DNA of 64,000 bases from Camelus ferus (taxonomy: Eukaryota): NCBI RefSeq assembly GCF_009834535.1, contig NC_045696.1, positions 120,344,001 through 120,408,000 on the forward strand, read 5' to 3'. Shown in pieces: positions 12,321 to 25,789 of this stretch (positions are counted from its first letter, which is position 1; every line of letters starts with the position of its first letter). The translations under genes and the position numbers were made by a program. Under the pieces are notes generated by a model. That model ran no database searches, was not told the origin of the DNA, and saw nothing but the letters and a program-made list of their open reading frames with translations.

Positions 12321-12775
12321 GTAAGTCGCTATTTGGTTTTTCTGCTTCGTTTTAATAATTTAGTGTTTCTTGATAATATTGACAACCCAACCTATCTTTG
12401 TATCTAGCGCTAACCCAAATACATGGGTGAGATGTTGAGATAGGGACAGGAATAGGACACGTTCTGGTTTTGCCCTGTTTACGACTTGGTTATAATGCAA
12501 TGGGACCTTTTTCATGGTAGACAGTTTCTTTGCTAAAGTCTCAGCACCAGGAATTACAGGTGACTGGAGGTCTCCCGAGCCACACTCACTCAGCATAAAG
12601 AAGCTCGTAAGTGGTCTCCAGGAGGAGCATTTAAATACAAGTTCCCCCTCCTACACCTGGTTTATTTCCAAACTTGGCGGACCCTGGAGACTGGGGTGAG
12701 GGTGGTGACACCATCCTGTGCCGTTCCCAAAGAGTCTGAGCAAACACATCACACAAGACCCCTGTTCAATCGCAG

Positions 12776-12881
12776 GTTCTGACCCAGTGTGTGGGGGGTG
12801 GAGGCTGAGATGCAGCGTTGCTAAGAGGCTCCCCAGCGATGTCGTTGCTTCTGGTCCACAGAGCACACTTTGAGTAGTAAG
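12776..12881. mobile_element. MER5A-like hAT fragment
   Basis: ...ctggtccacagagcacactttgagtag terminal motif. Confidence 0.6.
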
Positions 12882-13126
12882 GTTCTAGGCCAGTGCACCA
12901 GAACGTGTCACCCCTGGGATGGGCTCTAGTGCACGAAATGGTCAGTGCAGAGAGAAGTACAGAAATTGAGAATAAGCGTCCAGAAATGTTTAAAGCAATC
13001 TGACATGGCCACATCTTACAAGTGTGTGAACAGCGGATTTGGTCTCGTTGAACAAGATGTAAAGCAAACAGATCAGTGTGACACCTTGTCCTTCACCACA
13101 AATGGCTTGAGACCCTCTTCCTAGAG

Positions 13127-13329
13127 CAGTGGTTCTCAGTGGGGGATGGTCCCCCCACAAGATGCCTTTTGGGGATGTCTGGAGGCATTTTTGGTTGTCG
13201 CAACTGAGGGAGAGGAGAGTACTGGTATCTAGAGACCAGGGACGCTGTTAAACAGGACACCCTCGTCCCCTCCAGTGGAAAGAAAGGTCCAGCCCCAAAT
13301 GTCAACAGCGCTGAGCTGAGAAAGCCTGC
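13127..13329 (+). mobile_element. MER20 (hAT-Charlie) DNA transposon
   Basis: cagtggttctca...ttttggttgtcgcaact...gccccaaatgtcaacagcgctgagctgagaaagcctg with TIR-like ends. Confidence 0.8.
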
Positions 13330-14009
13330 TCTGCGGGGTTCCTGCGGAATTGGGGCTGAGTCCGTTCTTTCTGGGACTCTGGCGGGCTTGGACTTAGGTT
13401 CCACTGGAACCAGTCCCAGCCCCCTAGAAGCCCCACGTTGCCCCCGTATTCAGGGAAACTCCAATATCACCAGCGTGACAGCGTCTTCACAGTTGACTCC
13501 TCATTGGAGGAGGAGAACCATTTTCCTTTCTCCTCTGACTCATGTGCGGTTGAAGAATCCAGTCGTCGTTCCCTTGGGGAAGTCATGTTATTTCTTTAAC
13601 CCTAAATGCCTTCCATTGTATAATGTGCCATTATATGATGTAAAAAGGAAGAAAGAAGGGCTTCTGGGTAAATGTTGATATCAACTTTCCTCTTAGAGCT
13701 TTTTATTTTATGGTAACGGAAAGAGTTCTTTTACAGACGACCATGTCACTCTTGCACATGCATACGTGAAACAGATTGATTAAGGCATTCCTAAGACTTC
13801 TTCTTGTTCAAAATTTGACTCTTGTGAGCTACTTCTTGACTCAGAGGCATCGATGCCCACTTTTTTCAGTGCAGTGTTGTTCTTTAAGCTGTCAAGACTG
13901 ATGATGGTGTGGCAAGTTAAAAAGACCCTATAAAGTAACCCAACGCTGGTCTTGCTGGGCTCTTAAGTAAGCTTTGCAACTATCGAGAGCTAGCTTACGT
14001 TTCTTCTCT

Positions 14010-14100
14010 CTCTTTTTTTAAATGGAGGCACTGGGGATTGAACCCAGGACCTCATGCATGCTAAGCATGCGCTCTACCGCTGAGCTACACCCAGCCCTCC
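14010..14100 (-). mobile_element. tRNA-Ala-derived SINE
   Basis: tggaggcactggggattgaacccaggacctcatgcatgctaagcatgcgctctaccgctgagctac; partial TSD agcttac. Confidence 0.88.
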
Positions 14101-14923
14101 TAGGGCCAGCTTACTTTTGATTTCCACCTGAGTCATGTGTGTTGGTGATGACTGTTGGGCGTTCCCACCTGCGCAGGTGATGACAGCAGTGTCACTGCTC
14201 CCGCCTCCCGGACAGCACCTGCCAACTGCAACTGATGCGAAGACATAGTCTTATTTCAGAGGATTAGAAAAACAATGCTCCTCTTAGAACCAGAGAAATG
14301 TGATTATTGTAAAACCATAAGTATTCTCTGAGATATTTTCATGGAGTCTTTGATCATTCAATGGCCAAAGGTCTCCTTTCACTAAAAACTGTTTATTTTC
14401 CTGAGTGAGGGGGATGTATACGTATATTTCTCAATATTCTGCAGGTTATGGAACAACAGGAAGGGGTAAAGGGACACATTATTTAGGTCAGTACCCTCTG
14501 ATTATTTCCCTCCTAGGAAATCAGTGTTGTTTGGTGCAGAAGCACAGAAATAACATCATGTCATAAAATATTACCTTTCTGACATGTGCGCTATTAGCAT
14601 AAGACTGCGTGAAAAAGCATGACAGAATGAAATTTCTGTTCAATTATGTTAGGCTGTGCATATGGAAATCAAGCGTGTCTGCATCACAAGTCACACTCAC
14701 GCAAACAAGCTGAGGAGGTCCGTGTCCATGACCTTGGCAGTTCTTTGGCTGCAAAACAGTCTAACATCAGGTTCTGAACGCGCTTTCCAATTGCTACTAT
14801 TTTCTGTTTTCATCCAGGCCAGATTGTCCTGAAATATTTTAGGAACATGTGTTGTAGCAGGAAGGTTCCTGTTGGAATTCTCTTTCCCTAACAAATAAAA
14901 TTTCTAGTTTAAAATTTTAGGCG

Positions 14924-15297
14924 AGGGGAAGGCAGAGCTCAGTGATAGAGCGCATGCTTAGCATGCATGAGGTCCTGGGTTCAATCCCTAGCACGTTTGA
15001 TAAAATAAATAAACAAACAAACAAATAAACCTAATTATCTCCCCCCCAACAAAACAAAGTTTTTTTTTAAATAAAGTATTTTTTTTTAAGGGAGAGTGGG
15101 TATAGCTCAAGGGTAGAGTGCATTCTTAGCATGCACAAGTTTCTAGGTTCAAACCCCAGTGCCTCCATTAAAAAAAAAATATATATATATATATATACAC
15201 CAAATTACTTCCCCCTACAAAAAAAATTTTTTAAATAAATTTAAAAATAAATTAAAATTTTAAAGTTAAAAAAAGAAGTAAACATTTAAAAAAAATA
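14924..15297 (+). mobile_element. Two head-to-tail tRNA-Ala-derived SINEs (about 14924-15075 and 15090-15297)
   Basis: Two tRNA-like heads, each followed by an aatta...ccccc tail motif and A-rich sequence. Confidence 0.88.
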
Positions 15298-15325
15298 TGA
15301 AACTGTAACTTTTCTCATTCAACAG

Positions 15326-15416
15326 GAGGATTCAATCAGTACCCACCAGCGATGCTTGAGGACGCCTGCAGACTCCTCAGCTCAGAAGGAGAGGAGAATG
15401 AAGACATGAGTCTTCT
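15326..15416 (+). CDS. COL6A5: COL6A5 exon (91 bp): (R)GFNQYPPAMLEDACRLLSSEGEENEDMSL(L)
   Basis: Acceptor ttcaacAG, donor GTgagt at 15417; phase 1/2; collagen VI 'N.YPP...C' motif. Confidence 0.92.
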
Positions 15417-16837
15417 GTGAGTTGGCGCTGCTGTTGTTTACAAGTGACTGTTGATTGGCCGAGGGGTGCTTAGCGGGGCTGATGGCAGGTTACGGGGCTG
15501 AGGAGGCTGATAAGTTCCCTGAAGGAAAGGCTCTTGATGTATTCCATTTTCTGTAGCAGAAGTTACACATCAAGCTGGCTTTCTAGATTGATGTTTTTAA
15601 AACCTCCTCATGAGCTCTCTTACAGTGTTGCTGTAAAATTCATGGTTTCCTCAGAAATGCCTGATGGAAGCTTACTCCAGAATAGAACCTGGGATTCAGC
15701 CTTAAGCCGCCCCAACCTCCCTTCGCGCCTCTCCCCACCGTAGCCTGAGTTCCGGCCACGCTGGACTCCCGTCTGCCTTCTGTGAACTATTGTTTCACCC
15801 TCCAGGGCCTCTGGCCACCCTGCCTGGGGCCCTGTTCCGTCTGTGAAGCCCTACCCACCCCTCATGGCCCTTATTGAAACTGTGTCCTCTTTGAAGCCTG
15901 TCTTAACTGGCAGTCAAAATCCACACTTCGTACTTTTTAAAGCAACTTTTGACACCTCAGCTGAGCCATTTACTACCATGTATCCCAGTGTTGTCTCTGT
16001 GACGTCCAGGGTTCCCTGTGACTCACTGTTTCATTCCCAAAGCACAGCCTGAAAGACTCCACAATGTCACTGCACATGTAAATAGTTTGCTTTAAATTTT
16101 TATCCTGAATGAGAATGTAAATAATGCATCTGATGGATCTTGAATCTCAGAAGGAGAATAGCCCCTTTGGCTGCTGTCTACTCCTCCCTGTGCTTGACTG
16201 AGCTTGGACCCCTGACTGCAGACCCTGAAAGCCCAGAGTGAGGTCCATTGTGACCCTATCCTGCCAGATTGCAAGGAAGCAGAGAGTTTCTCAGAATAGA
16301 CACCTCTATTCTAGAATAGAATAGGTAAATAGGTCCCTCCCACCTATCCAGGAGCAAAATGGCAAGATGAAATGTTCCTCAGAATTCCTGCAAGTACGTC
16401 TTCCTCTGACATCAGGCTTCATTTATACTTAGTGGTTTAACGTGGAAGCACCCAGCAGCCCACACCTTCTGGAGGACAGCATGGCCCTGATGTCGAGGAA
16501 AGCAGTGTTTCCCAGCATGCACTAGGCAGGAATCTTATTTAAAGGAAAATCCGTTCTTGCAAAATGGTGTTTAAACATCATGTTATTTTAACATGGTCAT
16601 ATGTCAATCTAGCTGCAAATCCTATGTGCTCCTAGTTGCTAGGCAACTATCAAATGAAAACAAATGTGTATATCACATCCAAGCAAGTGCAATAAGACCC
16701 CAATTTAGAACACCAATTTAATGTAGTGGATGATTCTGCTTTGCCAAAACAAAATTCCTAAAAACTAAAAAAAAAAAAAAATTATAAATATGGTACATAT
16801 TGGTGAAATATGTAAAATATGATGCATGCTGCAATTA

Positions 16838-19227
16838 TACTATTGAAGTATAGTTGATTTACACTATTATATTAGATTCAGGAGTACAACACAGTGATTT
16901 GGTATTTTTACAGATTATACTCCATTAAAAGTTATTACAGTATAATGGCTGTAATGCCCCGTGCTATTCAATATATCCCTGTTGCTTATCTATTTTATAC
17001 ATAGTTTGTATCTCTTAATCCCATTCTTCTAACCTGCCCCTCCCCCTTCCTCTCTCATAACCACTAGTTTGTTCTCTGTATCTGTGAGTCTGTTTCTGTT
17101 TTGCTATATATGTTCATTTGTATCATTTTTTTGATTCCACATGTAAATGACGTAGAGTATTTGTCTTTCTCTGACTTGTTTCACTTAGTATGATAATCTC
17201 TAGGTCCATCCTTTTTGCTGCAAATGGCATTGTTTTATTCTTTTTCATGGCTGAACAGTATTCCATTGTATAAAGATACCACAGCTTCTTTATCCAGTCA
17301 TCTGTCGATGGACATTTTGGTTGCTTCTATGTCTTGGCTATTGTAAATAGTGCTTCTTTGAACACTGGGGTACATGTATATTTTTGAATAAGGGTTTTCA
17401 TCTTTTCTGGTTATATACCCAGGACTTGGATTGCTGGATCATATGGTAACTCTATTTTTAGTTTTTGGGAAACCACCATACTGTTTTCCATAGTGGCTGC
17501 ACCAAACTACATTACTAGCAATGGTGTAGAAGGGTTCACTTTTCTCCACACCCTCTCTAGCATTTATTGTTTGTAGACTTTTGAATGATGGCCATTCTGA
17601 CTGGTGTGAGATGATACCTAATTGTAGTTTTGATTTGCGTTTCTCTGATGATTAGTGATATTGAGCATCTTTTCATGTGCCTGTTGGCCATCTGGCTGTC
17701 TTCTTTGTAAAAGGTCTATTCAAGTTCTGTGCTCATTTTTTGAAATTGAGTTGTTTCGGGGTTTTTGTTTGTTTGTTTGTTTTTGTTTTTTTGTTGTTGA
17801 GTTGTATGAGCTGTTTATCTAGGTTGGATATTGACCCCCTTGAGGGTTGTACCATTTGCAGACGTTTTCTCCCATTTGGTAGATCATCTTTTTGTTTTGT
17901 CAGTGGTTTTCTTTGCTGTGCAAAAGCTTTTAAGTTTAATTAGGTCTCATTTGTTTATTTTTGCTTTTATTTCCTTTGCCTTAGGAGACAGATCCAAAAA
18001 AATATTGCTATTATTTATGTCAGAGAATGTTGTGCCTATGTTCTCTTCTAGGAGTTTTATGGTTTCAGATCTTACATTTAGGTCTTTAATCCATTTTGAG
18101 TTTATTTTTATATACGGTGTGAGGAAATGTTCTAACTTCATTCTTTTACATGTATCTGTCCAGTTTTCCCAGCACCACTTGCTGAAGGGACAGTCTTTTC
18201 CCCATTGTATATTTTTTTCTCCTTTATCAGAGATTCATTGACCATATGTGTGTAAGTTTATTTTGTGGCTCTCTTTCTGTTCCATTGAGCTGTTTTTCTG
18301 TTTTTGTGCTAGTACCACTTTGTTTTGATTACTGTAGTTTTGCAGTATAGTTTGAAATCCAGGATGGTGTATCTCCAGCTTTTTTTTCTCAAGATTGCTT
18401 TGGTAATTTTCAATGGGATTGTTTTCTTGCTTTCTCTTTCTGATAGTTTTTAGTTTATAGAAAAACAACAGATTTCTGTATATTAATCGTGTATCCTGAA
18501 TCTTTACTGAGTTCATTTATTGGTTCTAATGGTTTTTGTGTGGAGGTGTTAGTTTCATGTCGTATGCAAATAGTGACAGTTTTACTTCTTCCCTCCCCAT
18601 TGGGGGCCCTTGTATTTCTTTTGCTTGTCTGATTGCTGTGGCGACGACTTCCAAAACTGTGTTAAATAGAAGTGGTGAGAGTGGATAGCCTTGTCTTGTT
18701 CCTGAATTTATGGGAAAACAGTTGACCTTTTCACCATTGTATATGATGTTAGCTGTGGATTTGTCATAAATGGTCTTTGTTGGGTTGAGATATGTTCCCT
18801 CTGTACTCACTTTGATCAGAGATTTTGGTCGTGAATGGATGTTGAATTTTGTCAAATGCTTTTTATGCATCTATTGAAGTGATCACGTGATCTTTGTCCT
18901 TCCTTTTGTGAATGTGGTGTATCACACTGATTGATTTGCAGATGCTGAACCATTCTTGCATCCCTAGAATAAATCCAAGTTGATCACTGTGTGTGATACT
19001 TTTATATGCTGTTTGGTTCAGTTTGCTAATATTCTGTTGAGGATTTTTACATCTATATTCACCAGAGATAATGGCTTATATTTTTCTTTTTTTGTAGTGT
19101 CTGACTGGTTTTGGTGTCAGGTGGCCTTGTAGAATGAATTTGGGAGTGTTTGGTCCTCTGAATTTTTTGGAATAGTTCGAGAAGGATAGGAATTTGTTCT
19201 TCTATCTATGTGTAGGAGAATTCCCTT
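16838..19227 (-). mobile_element. L1 fragment, about 2.4 kb (3'UTR to RT region, internal deletion near 18400)
   Basis: Minus-strand ORFs with L1 ORF2 motifs ([26 protein letters not shown]). Confidence 0.93.
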
Positions 19228-19400
19228 GTAGTGTAACGAATCTGAAGGAATTATTTGATTGAAATAAATTTAGATTTTTACAACTTAATCGTCTTTCTTT
19301 TAGCAAATGATTAAGTAACGATATTAAATTGTTCAGACATTTTATTTGTATTCCACAAAGTTATTTAGATCCACTTAAAACTTTCCTCTTTACCTTCTAG

Positions 19401-19609
19401 GTTTTCTTCTGAGCCGCATGAGATTTCTTCAGGAGAAAACAGCTTCATTGGTCAGGAATTAAGTGCTGGAAGAGACTCATCTTTTGTGTTGGGGGACAGT
19501 GGGAGTGACCATTTGGTTTACATTCCAAGCCACATGTTTATGCCACCGAAATTAATGACTAAGTATGAAAAAGATCAGGATTCTGGAGAAATTGCAAGTC
19601 TCACTTCGG
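19401..19609 (+). CDS. COL6A5: COL6A5 exon (209 bp), unique linker FSSEPHEISSGENSFIGQEL...EIASLTS(G)
   Basis: Acceptor ccttctAG, donor G|GTaagg; open frame, phase 2/1 fits both neighbouring exons. Confidence 0.9.
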
Positions 19610-20759
19610 GTAAGGAAACGAAAAGTTATGATGTGATGTGAAAGTAACTTGACTCTCCTCTTTTAACATTTAATAGAGAGTGAAATAAATAAGGCTGGTG
19701 CAAAAAGCAATTTTTTTTTCAAGTTCAAGATGGTAGCTACAACTGCTGCTTTTATTTGAATTGAAGATTTAAATGGTCACAGGTAGCACTCTGGAGATCA
19801 CTGACACAAGCTCTAAGAAATGAGCCTGATATTTTCACCAAATTTAAGATTTCTCTAGAAGCCACAACTTAGAAGGTAAGTGTGATGTCAAAGGAGCAAT
19901 CTGGAGACTATCAGAGCAAAGGAGGGATTAAAATGACTTTTACAAGTTGGCCTGGCCAGTGCCCCAGAATTTATGAGCACTTGAGAAGGTATAAGCTTTT
20001 GTTTGTTTTTTTTTTTACTGAAAATAAAATAAACTCCCCACTATCTTCTCGGTACATTTTAATGGCAAAGCAATAATGCTTTTTGTCAGGAGTTTCTATT
20101 TTCAAGCAAATCAGATACATAGAATTTTGGCTGCATTTTCATTTAAAAGGGTGACCTTTTAAACAGACTGTTCAGCTATTCGATCTATGCATCTAAAGTC
20201 TTCCAAAATGCTCATTTGGCCAGGATGCCAGCATTTAAAGCGTGTGTGTTGCTAAGAATATGCAAGCTTAAAAGGAAAAGGGGAAATTTCATGCTGATTA
20301 TTCATAAGAATGAATAATATTAATTCTTCGTAACTTCCCTGGATGAGTAAGTGTTCTTTTCCTTGGATTAACACTTCATGTCCCTATATTGTCCCCCTAT
20401 TGCTGAAATATGTATATTTGAATTTTATCTTTAAAACAAGCTAAACTTTCCTTTATAGAAGCTAGAATGAAGAATTAAAAAGTCAGTCATTAGTTGAAAA
20501 CTAAAACTTTTTTGAAAAGGTGATGAAGTGAAACTGTACATACTTGGTACTCTGGCATTAAGGCATCCAAGTGTGTGTATTTTTTATTTGAAACAACGTT
20601 TTATTGTTGGGCAGACATAGCTTAAAGAAGAGAACAGAATATTTGTCCTTCTTAATGGATGCAGCCAATCTGGGGTGTTTGCTCTAATGATACGGGAATT
20701 ACAACAGCCCTCAAGGCACAGGAATTTATTCTGTTTTGGTTTAGAAAGAAAAAGAGAAG

Positions 20760-21137
20760 TTCTTCGGGCAGTGTTGTTGATGCAGGAAAAACGGTTGTGG
20801 GGCTTGAGGATGTAGCTTCAGTAGCTTCATATGTTAGTAAGTTGAAGGACCAGTCTAACTAGTCTGGGGGAAGGGGCTGGGATTCCCAGGGAGTTGGCCA
20901 CTGCCCACTCTTTGACCTTTTGTGGCTAGCCTTGGGACTGTCATGGCACTTGTGGGTGTATTATTCACCGTGTTAATATGTTACAATGAGCGTACAATGA
21001 AGCTCAAAGTCTACTAGAAGTCAGATCTCCCACCATCTTGAGCCTCAAGGCCTACTGGGGGTTGAATCTTCCACCATTTCGGTGTTAATTGCTGTTATCA
21101 TTCCTTGAATGGCTGTGCCCTGCCCCCTTCCTGTCTC
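20760..21137. mobile_element. Possible ERV LTR remnant
   Basis: Resembles laurasiatherian ERV LTR ends (ctactagaagtcagatctcccaccatcttg...gtgccctgcccccttcctgtctc); recognised from memory only. Confidence 0.4.
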
Positions 21138-22257
21138 TTTGTCTTTTGTGATAGTATTGTTAGAGGTAAGCATTCTGAAGTCTAATAATTCAGAAGTGGG
21201 AACCTTTTCAAGAAAGACAGAAATAATTGGATATTTAACGGAAAAAAGATACCTTTTACCATCATCTTTAACGACCATCATTCAGTAATAATAGCAAGAC
21301 TTTTCATTTGGTTTTTCAGATGTCTGGCAATTAAGATACTCATACCCAGTTTAAGGTCCAATTTGGCTGAAGAAATAACTGTGCATGGTTCTATAGGAAA
21401 AAATGTCAATTTTCTCTTGCTCCCATCCCACCCAATTACTCTTACACTGGGTTGAAGTGTGTTGGAACTTCCGTGGAGGATTATGTGAGGCTGTGGTAGC
21501 CTGGAAACAGAGTCTCAGACCGAAGGATAATATATATTATTTTATCCTTTAAAATAAATTTGAGTCTCAGATCATTAAGTGCTGTCTGGGAACTCGTACG
21601 AGTCCTTCCTTTTTTTTTTTTTTTTTTCTTTTTTAAAATCATCTTAAGCTGGGTGGCAAAAGCTGCTGAGAACTTTATATAATGTGCCCCATCCTTGTGG
21701 AGAGTAAATTGTGCTTCAGATATTTTGTTTGGTCACTGAGAGAGGAGCTTTGATAAGTTGCAGATGCACTGCACAAATCGAAGGTCGATAACTTTCATGA
21801 GCACCTCCATATGCTATGCCTATTATTCATTTATAATGTGATTCTTTTGTCTGATGGCTGATTTGTGTGCCCTTGAATGGAGAGTCTTGGGAAAAGTCAG
21901 AAGTCTTAACCATTTAAGAAATTTTTAGTGTTCCCAGACCACTGTGAGCTGGCACTGAGTTGTGTATCACTCTCTTTCACGAAAAACACAACCGCACTCT
22001 GTCTGTGCCCCTCCCTCTGCTTCTTCCTCCCAGCTCCGATTTCCAAGTTCATCTTTAATTCCATCCCCTTGCCTGGCCCTCTCCACTCCTTCCAGCAGCT
22101 CAGAATCACCTGCAAGCCCTTCAGAAGCACAGAATCCTAAACCTGTCTCAGAACTACTGCTTCATAGTTAGGAGTGTGAATGGCTACGAAAAAGCCACAT
22201 GCTTTAAAACCACCATCGGTGATTTTTGTATGCCTTCATTTTTGAGATTCACTATCC

Positions 22258-22428
22258 CAGGGATTCTCAAATTGTGTCCTGAAGCCAGCAGCATCAGCAC
22301 CATCTGGGAACGTGGTTGACAGGCGCTCATCCCAGACTGAAGCAGACACTCCGGGGGTGGGGCTCAGCCGTCAGTCTTAACAAGCCATGCAGGTGATTCT
22401 GCTGCAGGCTGAGGCTGAAGACCTGCTG
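22258..22428 (+). mobile_element. MER5A
   Basis: ttctcaaattgtgtcc..ccagcagcatcagcaccatctggga...aacaagccatgcaggtgattctg. Confidence 0.8.
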
Positions 22429-22571
22429 CTCCTGCTGCCAAAGTTGCTCTGTGTTCTCAGCTAAAAGCAACTGGGTAATCAGTCTCACGGAACAGAAGTA
22501 AGAATGCCTAGTTCCAAAGGATTCCAGGTGAACTGCATTATAATTTTGCTTTGCACATCCAAGAACGCTGA

Positions 22572-22601
22572 CCATCCATCCATCCATCCACCCATCCATC
22601 C
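22572..22601. repeat. (CCAT)n microsatellite
   Basis: Directly visible. Confidence 0.85.
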
Positions 22602-22902
22602 AACATCTATCAGAACATTTTTAAGATTCAAACAGGTAGAGATTATCTGGAGATACTATTACGCATTTTGACCACAACATCCACGATATAAAAATTCGTT
22701 GGAAAATTCAGTTCCTCGTAATTACTTACCAGTGGAATACACATAGTTCTTTGGAATTATGTAACGAAAACTGGATGGTTTAATTCCAATTGAATTGCAA
22801 CTAATGACCCAGTGGTGAGCCTAGCATTTTCATCAAAGATGCTAGGTTAACTAATAATTAAGATACAGTTAGTCTACTTTCAAGATTAAAGAGGGACAAG
22901 AT

Positions 22903-23047
22903 TTTTTTTTAACATTTTTTTATTGAGTTGTAGTCATTTTACAATGTTGTGTCAAATTCCAGTGTAGAGGACAATTTATCAGTTATACATGAACTACATA
23001 TATTGATTGTCACTTTTTTTTTTTTGCTGTGAGCTACCACAAGATCT
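22903..23047 (-). mobile_element. 145-bp young-type L1 3' tip
   Basis: TSD ggacaagat at 22894-22902 and 23048-23056. Confidence 0.85.
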
Positions 23048-23719
23048 GGACAAGATCATTTTTTTTTTCCATAATACCTAATATTTATTTAAGACCTACA
23101 GTGACTGAAAGCACTTCTATACAGTATCTCATCTAATCTTCATAACATGGTCAATACTGTTCTCATTTTACAGTCAAGAAAACAAGCTTAGAGAGATTTA
23201 ATAATTTGCCAAATGGCAAACATCTGTGCAAGTGACAAATCAGCAGTGCTTAAGCTCCTATCAGTTTTCCATGGTCCAAACAACATTTTATATATGAAAA
23301 TAAACTAAAACCTGTGAAAAGGATGTTGACAATATATTCATTTGTTAGCTATTTTAAGCCATTAACAGTTATTTTATCTGATATCTGCAATAATTATTGA
23401 TAATCACATATATTTGTGAATATGTAAAACTTGGAAACAAGATTAAGTATATTAACAATTTAGGCTGCTTTTCTGTTGTCACATAATTTCAGTACATTTA
23501 TAATACTTCAAGTAGAGTAATCAGTTTAGTCACTTTTTAAGATTGATAATATTAAGTAAAATATTGCAAAGAGTTGAAGTAGAAGTTAAATAGGGGGGCT
23601 TAATTAAATAGCCAGGTTTGAATCCTAACCATGTAAAGATGTGTTAATCACTTAATATTTTTAAGCTTCAATTTTCTCATCTAAAAATGGAATCAATATT
23701 TCTTTTTTAGCAACAGAAT

Positions 23720-24971
23720 ATATTTATTTAATTGAACTATAGTTGATTTACAATATTGTGTTAGTTTTAGGCATACAGCAAAGTGATACAGTTATAAATA
23801 TTTTTTCAGATTATTTTTCATTATAGGTTATCACAAGATACTGAATATAATTCCCTGTGCTGTACAGTAAATGCTTGTTGCTTATCTGTTTTATGTATAG
23901 TAGTTTGTATCTGTTAATTCCTACTCCTAATTTATCCCTCCCCCCTCCCTTTCCTCTTTGGTAACCAAAAGTTTGTTCTCTTTTGTTTTTTTCTTTTTTT
24001 TTACTTTTTTTTATTGATTTATAATCATTTTACAATGTTGTGTCAAATTCCAGTGTAGAGCACAATTTTTCAGTTATACATGAACATGTATATATTCATT
24101 GTCACATTTTTTTCTCTGTGAGCTACCATAAGATGTTGTATATATTTCCCTGTGCTATACAGTATAATCTTGTTTATCTATTCTACAATTTTGAAATCTC
24201 TCCCCCCACCACCCCCTTGGCAACCACAAGTTTATATTCTATGTCTGTGAGTCTATTTCTGTTTTGTATTTATGCTTTTTTTTTTTTTAGATTCCACATA
24301 TGAGTGATCTCATATGGTACTTTTCTTTCTCTTTTTGGCTTACTTCACTTAGAATGACATTCTCCAGGAGCATCCATGTTGCTGCAAATGGTGTCATGTT
24401 GTTGGTTTTTATAGCTGAGTAGTATTCCATTGTAAAAATATACCACTTCTTCTTTATCTAGTCATACATTGTTGGACATTTAGGCTGTTTCCATGTCTTG
24501 GCTATTGTAAATAATGCTGCCATGAACATTGGGGTGCAGGTGTCTTTTTGAAGTAGGGTTCCTTCTGGATATAAGCCCAGGAGTGGGATTCCTGGGTCAT
24601 AGGGTAAGTCTCTTCCTAGTCTTTTGAGGAATCTCCACACTGTTTTCCACAGTGGCCGCATCAAACTGCATTCCCACCAGCAGTGTAGGAGGGCTCCCTT
24701 TTCTCCACAGCCTCTCCGGCATTTGTCATTTGTGGACTTTTGAATGATGGCCATTCTGACTGGTGTGAGGTGATACCTCGTTGTAGTTTTGATTTTCATT
24801 TCTCTGATAATTAGTGATATGGAGCATTTTTTCATGTGCCTATTGATCATTTGTATGTCTTCCTTGGAGAATTGCTTGTTTAGGTCTTTTGCCCATTTTT
24901 GGATTGGGTTGTTTATTTTTTTCTTATTGAGTCGTATGAGCTGCTTATACATTCTGGAGATCAAGCCTTTG
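23720..24971 (-). mobile_element. Older L1 3'UTR (about 23720-23982) joined to a ~1-kb young L1 3' fragment (about 23985-24971)
   Basis: Two separate polyT/3'UTR starts; ORF 24458-24982(-) encodes L1 ORF2 C-terminus (HCWWECSL). Confidence 0.9.
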
Positions 24972-25214
24972 GACAATATCATTTTTAATGAATGTTGAAT
25001 ACCAACCCAAACTCAGCCTAAGGCTCACTCATAGCTTTAAGCAGTCCCTGGTTTTAGGATGACTTCAACTGATACTCTTTTCAATGAATTTTATGAAGTA
25101 ATGAGAAGCAACACTTCCCTCCTCCAACTAGGCTGGAGTTGTGCTCAAGGGAATTTGCATGGATTTTATTTTACATTTTTATTTTTCTAACTTTAGTCTG
25201 ATTATGCTGTACAG

Positions 25215-25405
25215 TCAGCTTGATTCCACCCCCCACCCCCCAACCCTGGGAGACTTATGCAGTGTCTACAGACACTTTTAGTTGTCGTTACGGGAGGTAC
25301 TTCTGGCATTTAGTGGGTAGAGGCCACAGATGCTGCTAAACATTCTACAGTGTACAGGACACCCCCCCCCCCCAACAAAGGATGACCCCGTTGGATTGTC
25401 AATAA
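25215..25405 (+). mobile_element. MER20-like element
   Basis: gtgtctacagacacttttagttgtcg...ctggcatttagtgggtagaggccacagatgctgctaaacattctac. Confidence 0.65.
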
Positions 25406-25548
25406 TGAGAGAAACTATTTTAGAAGAAAACTTCATGCCCCCAAGGTCATGGAACTCAAAGATTCGGTATAAGCACTCATGATTCCTACACCCTGTTTGC
25501 CATTTCCCATTATACCCTCAGGATTCTGCTAATGTTTTAAAAAATTAG

Positions 25549-25789
25549 GGAATGGGGAGGGATAAATTGGAAATTTGGGATTTGTAGATACACGCTACTG
25601 TGTATAAAAGAGATAAACAACAAGGTCCTACTGTACAGCACAGGGAACTATATTCAGTATCTTGTAGTAACCTATAGTGAAAAAGAATATATGTTTATAT
25701 TTCTATATGTGTGTATAAGTGAATCACCATGTTGTACACCAGAGACTAACACAACATTGTGAATCAACTATACTTCAATTAAAAAAAAA
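25549..25789 (+). mobile_element. L1 3'UTR fragment
   Basis: gggataaattggaaatttggg...caactatacttcaattaaaaaaaaa. Confidence 0.85.
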
